This document shows, in pieces, positions 59,297-63,819 of a DNA stretch of 63,819 bases. Position 1 is the first letter of the stretch, and the number at the start of each line of letters is the position of its first letter. The stretch comes from Chara braunii (taxonomy: Eukaryota > Plantae > Charophyceae). Made by a program: the position numbers and the translations under genes. The notes under the pieces were generated by a model. That model saw nothing but the letters and a program-made list of their open reading frames with translations, was not told the origin of the DNA and made no database searches. The stretch lies in contig BFEA01000019.1 of the NCBI GenBank assembly GCA_003427395.1, forward strand, positions 1,047,431-1,111,249, written 5' to 3'.

Positions 59297-62199
59297 GTTT
59301 GTATCAGTGACGGTGAAATCTACCACTTGTGTTGTGTGCCACAGGCTCCCGTATGGATAGAGGTGAAATAACCCAAGTCCTGAGGGGCTAGGCAGGTCCC
59401 ACCTTGCTATGTTCATGTTTGCTGTAATAGCTTTGAGGTTCATGCTGTCCCAGAATACGGAGAAAAAGCAGCCTTGGGCCCTGAGACCAAAAGTAGCTGG
59501 GATGGTGTGGAAACTCAGTTGGTAAGGCACACAAGCGGCATTCAGGAGGTCGGGCGTTCAATCCCCATTGGCCTCATGTACCGTCCTGGGCATGCTTGGC
59601 GCCCGCCGCCCGCCACCTAGAGATAGACCACTGGATCCCCCGATCGGAATTGAGCAGAGTCTGCTGATGTTCGTAGGGGAGGGGACCTGAGGGGAGGCAC
59701 AGGGATTGGTCCTGTTGGCATGGTTCCTGATGCTACCGGCTGTCCCCTAGCTGGTATCGCCCACCTGCAGGTCGGGAGCAGCCCCCGCATGTTCTCTCGT
59801 GAACACGGTTCTGGCTGCTATGGGGTTCCCGTATGCCTACAATTAGGAGTAGTGGTGGGTAGGTAGTGTGAGGTGAAATTGAGAGAAGAACATAGCTTAA
59901 AAAATAAATGAAATAAAAAAGAGCAGACACCACTAGCACCTGGATCCCACTTCTGTCCGTTTCGTAAGAACTCGAAAGTTCCACTTTTAGTGGACTCGCC
60001 CCGGCGGCTTCGTGAAAGGAAAACGGGATACAACATGACCGGTGATCCCGGGACTTTTTCGAGAGAAGCGGCGTGTTTTTGTGGGCGGACAGGATGCAGT
60101 ACCTGCTTCCCGTTGGGGGGCGGCGGTAGCAAACCGGCCTTCACACAGTGGAGACTGTGGTAGGACATTCCAGGACTGCTGTTGGACCAAGGAAAAAAAA
60201 AATAAAAAAAATTCTGCCTTCTTTTTCGCTACAAAGTACGGGGTTGGCCTCTTCCATAAATCGGAAGAACCACTGCCCCTGCAATCATGCTCGCGCCTCC
60301 ACGTTGGAGAACGTTTCCACTTCCCCGACATTCCAGGACGGGATCCGAGTTTTGTGGAACGAAGTGGGACCCCAAATTTTGCCTAAAAGTGCCCTGCTTG
60401 TAAGAGGTGGGATCTGCCCCCAAGGCACATTTGGTTTTGGGGGACGAAGAAGAACGGGCTCTTGGAGAAAAACAAACTCTGAAGGGATGGGCGCAGCGCT
60501 ACCGGGAGCGCTGCGCACGGCTCGACCGGCGCTCTCACACGCACTTTCGCACAGCGCGTTTCGGGTGGGCAAGCTTGACCTCCGCTTTCATGGCGCATCT
60601 CTGCGGCGCGTCGAACTACGCAACGATGGTGTCTGGGAGTTGTGGCGCGCGTTTTTGCTTTCGTGCGGAGTGACCATATATGAGCTTGTTTGTCGGATCA
60701 TCCTGGGCGTTTCTGCTGTGCCATGTATGAGCTTGTTAGGCTGGTGGGGGTAACGATTTCGCGTGTTTTACGAGTTGCTTCAGGTGTGGTTCGTGTGAAT
60801 GCCATGATTCTTTCGACGCGCTCTCCCTGTCCGTTTTGAGGTGGCCAGCTTCGACGTTGGGTTTCGTGCAAGTCACATGGACAGGCAGCATGAGCGGCAC
60901 TTCAAGTTACAGGTGAATCAACGTCGACTGGTTGTTCTTCTGTCGCGGATGAGGCTGCCTATGAGATGATGGGGCAAAACCCTTCCCTCTTCCTCAATCA
61001 TGGTAAGTGTATGGTAAGTGTGGTGGCTTGGACCCCCTGTGGCGACTCGCCAACGGATTTGGCGACGGGGAGCCACACTGTTTTCGATTCCTTGGAATTG
61101 AAGATGGCCGATCATGCCTTTTGGAGTTAGTGTTGCCTTGAGCCGAGAAGCTAGCTGTGGGAGGAAGGGAATTTTTCCTTCCCTAAAGGCGCAGGGGTAG
61201 GGTTTGAAGGGAGGGAGGGAAGTGGCAGAAAGTGGTGGTTGAGGAAGCGGGGACAGGGGTTGTTTGTTTTTGAAAAATGATCCATGCGTGGTCCAGATGT
61301 ATCTCCTTCCTGAAAAATAACCATGCCTTTTTAATCCGTGGGATCCACCATTGATTTCACAATTGAGGATAATCTGAGATCTCGTTTCGTGATTCTTTTA
61401 TGATTCTTGATTCATTTTCTTTACGTTGTTCATCTGGTATTTTCTTGAATTTTTGTTGCCGGATGTTTGTCTAACGATTGATGTTCTCCGATTAGATTTT
61501 AAACGTCGATATTGAAATTTCTGAATTTTGTTCTGAAATTTTATTTCTAAATAGCTGTTTTCAGTAGTCCTTTATGTTGGTTCTTTGATTTGATCTCGAT
61601 CTTTTCCAATAATACTCTTTTGAAGAAAATTCCAATGAAATTTCCTACAAAAATTTCTGATCCTTTACAATCGTGAGTCCGGTTTTGGACATCTCAGATA
61701 ATTGTAAATTTCGATCTAAAATTTAAAGTTCTATAACTGGGGGTTGATAGACTTCCAAATCATTCCTGAAATTTACATCTTAAAATCTTGTTTCTGATTT
61801 TCGATTTCTAAAAGTGATCTCCTATTGCAATTTCCGAAGATTAATTTTGCACCGTTGTGTCTCACAAAATTGACGTTCTTTTGAGATTTTTCGTATTTTC
61901 AACCTATTCTCGCTTGTTTCTCCCTTAAGGAGGGTGCTGGTTGCGGGGGTATGATGGTATGATGGAGGGAAAGGACGCGCTCTGCGGGAAGGGGACTAAC
62001 TGCAGAGTGGAATTAGGGTATAGCGGCAGGGGAGATGGTGGCTTCACTGCAGTAAGTCTTACCGGAGTAAGGTTGGATAGGCTTGGGAGGTGGGTGCTAT
62101 CAGCCCCTTCTTGGGCTCGTTTTTGTGAGGATTTGCACTGATGGGTGGAAGTTCGTAGGGGGGTGCAACAAGGGAAGGGCCTTAGTCTTCGTCAGTAGG

Positions 62200-63390
62200 T
62201 CAGAAGGACATGGTTGGGACGACGCACGCCGGTGCTGGAGCATTGCTCTGTAACCTGGGGGAGCGTGAGGCTTGGGGAGTTCTGTCGAGGGAGGAAGGCA
62301 GAACCAACACGTTCGACGCAGCCGTTGCCGGGGTTTTATCCCTGTCACCTAGGGGCGTGCGGCTAATGGGAGTTGTCGAGGGAGGAAGGCACTCCTTGCC
62401 GACTATACCAGGATGGTCGGTACCGGGGCATGGTGGTGCCTTGTAACCCTAGCATAGGGGGTTATGAGACCTGCCGCGTGTAGGTTCGAGGACTGATCAC
62501 GGGGACTTCGTTTTTTTCCAATTGATGCATGAAATTTTGCTAGGCGGTGGTTTCGGTTTGGAATTCTTGCTTTCAATCCTTTTTGTGGTGATTGGTTCGA
62601 TAATCTTAGTTGGTTCTGTTTTTTTCATAAGTAAGCTGTTGGTGGTTTTTAGAGTGTTGTAGGACTTTGGGGACTCCTGGCAACTCTTCTTAGGTGATTT
62701 TGATGCTGTTATACTCAGTGATCTGCGGTTGTTCGATGCCAGAACGACGCTGGCCGGTGCTGGGGTGTTGGCCCTGTAACCTGTTAACGCAGGAGCGTGA
62801 GGCCTTGTAGAGAGATTTGGGGATGCTTTGGGGTGGGCATTCCACGGGACAACCAAGGGTTGCTGCTGGGACGACGCTGGTCGGAGCTGGGGTGAGTTGC
62901 GTTGCCCTGTAACCCAGCAGGATGTGGGGGTATGAGGCCTGGAAGAGCTCGGCAGGGAGTAAGACAGTGTTGGAGAGCCTTGGAAGGGTGCGTTAGGGTT
63001 TTCGAGGGCTTCTGAGCATTTGTAGGATCGCTGCGGTTTATTCCTATGTTTACCAAATTGACGCAGGTGTTCTAAAAAAAAAGGGTCTTATCCTCCCTCT
63101 AGGGGAATGTTGAATGTTGCTGATTCTTTTGGTAGTCTTGAGAATTCTTTAGGACTCTAGGTACTTCTTGCAAAGCAGTCTAGGCTTCTTTGATGCTGTT
63201 TACTCATGGATCTGTTGGTTTTTCGATGCCAGAACGATGCTGGCCGGAGCTGGGGTGAGTCGTGTTGCCCTATGACCTAGCAGGGTGGGGGCATGAGGCC
63301 TGGGAGAGCTCGGCAGGGAAGAAGACAGTATTAGAAAATTTTAGAGTGTTTTTGTGGGGGGTTCCAGGGGTTCTGAGCATTTGAAGGACT
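62200..63390. repeat. Degenerate ~500-bp-period repeats (GATGCCAGAACGACGCTGGCCGGWGCTGGGG..GTTGCCCTGTAACC)
   Basis: Units at ~62220, 62735, 62870, 63225; 62700-63030 parallels 63190-63390. Confidence 0.7.
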
Positions 63391-63819
63391 TCCACTAATT
63401 ACTGAATAAGGTGAGTAGGAGAAGATGGTGGGCTATCACGCGTCCTGCCAGTGAAGGGGCTAGCTGGTAGGATGGGAGTATGGTACAGCAGCAGCAACAC
63501 AGATGGTGGCTCCGCTGCAGTCAGTCTTGTCGGAGTGAGGTAACAGTGGATTGATGGGGGTTCTCCTGAGTCGTTTCTGAATTTTGCCTAATCATAAAGT
63601 TGTCATAGATAGGTCTGAAGTAGCTCCAAAATTCTTTGAGCCAAAGCTGGGTATTGGCGCCGGTATCTCAATTTTCAAAATTCTACTTCTTTTGGGTAGG
63701 CTCCTAGTCTCATTTTCATGGAATTCTCTAATGACTGTTCTGAACGTGCTCAGTATGGGACGTTGGGCTCGGTTCCCAGTTCGTGCCAAATTGTGAGGAT
63801 ATGGTTGTATCTATGGGAC

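Noticed and set aside
58249-60753. GC-rich ORFs and isolated splice-like sites suggesting another gene or promoter
   Set aside because: No coherent exon chain or recognisable protein could be assembled

Overview
Eukaryotic, repeat-rich, gapped draft-assembly window. It looks like streptophyte genomic DNA; the gene structure and TE families suggest a charophyte alga such as Chara, which is inference only. There is one clear host gene: a 6-exon plant hnRNP A/B-type (RBGD-like) protein on the + strand (20998-32030) with two RRMs, a Gly/Tyr-rich tail and a C-terminal RYHPY PY-NLS. It carries an apparent +1 frameshift in a 22-G homopolymer. The rest is mostly transposon debris: a 5'-intact but 3'-deleted L1-type LINE joined in frame to a decayed chromodomain-bearing Ty3/Gypsy pol, further LINE and pogo-like fragments, hAT and PIF/Harbinger-like non-autonomous elements with identifiable TSDs, minisatellites, and several tiny poly(A)+TSD retro-insertions. 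Most interesting signals: (i) a hammerhead-ribozyme core in a short (TA)n-flanked element (Penelope-like/retrozyme-like), (ii) a possible Nudix-fold-like domain at the end of the unusually long LINE ORF1, and (iii) the LINE-RT/Gypsy-RT in-frame chimera. A Nextera mate-pair junction adapter at 10196-10233 is an assembly artefact. No CRISPR array, rRNA or intact tRNA was seen.
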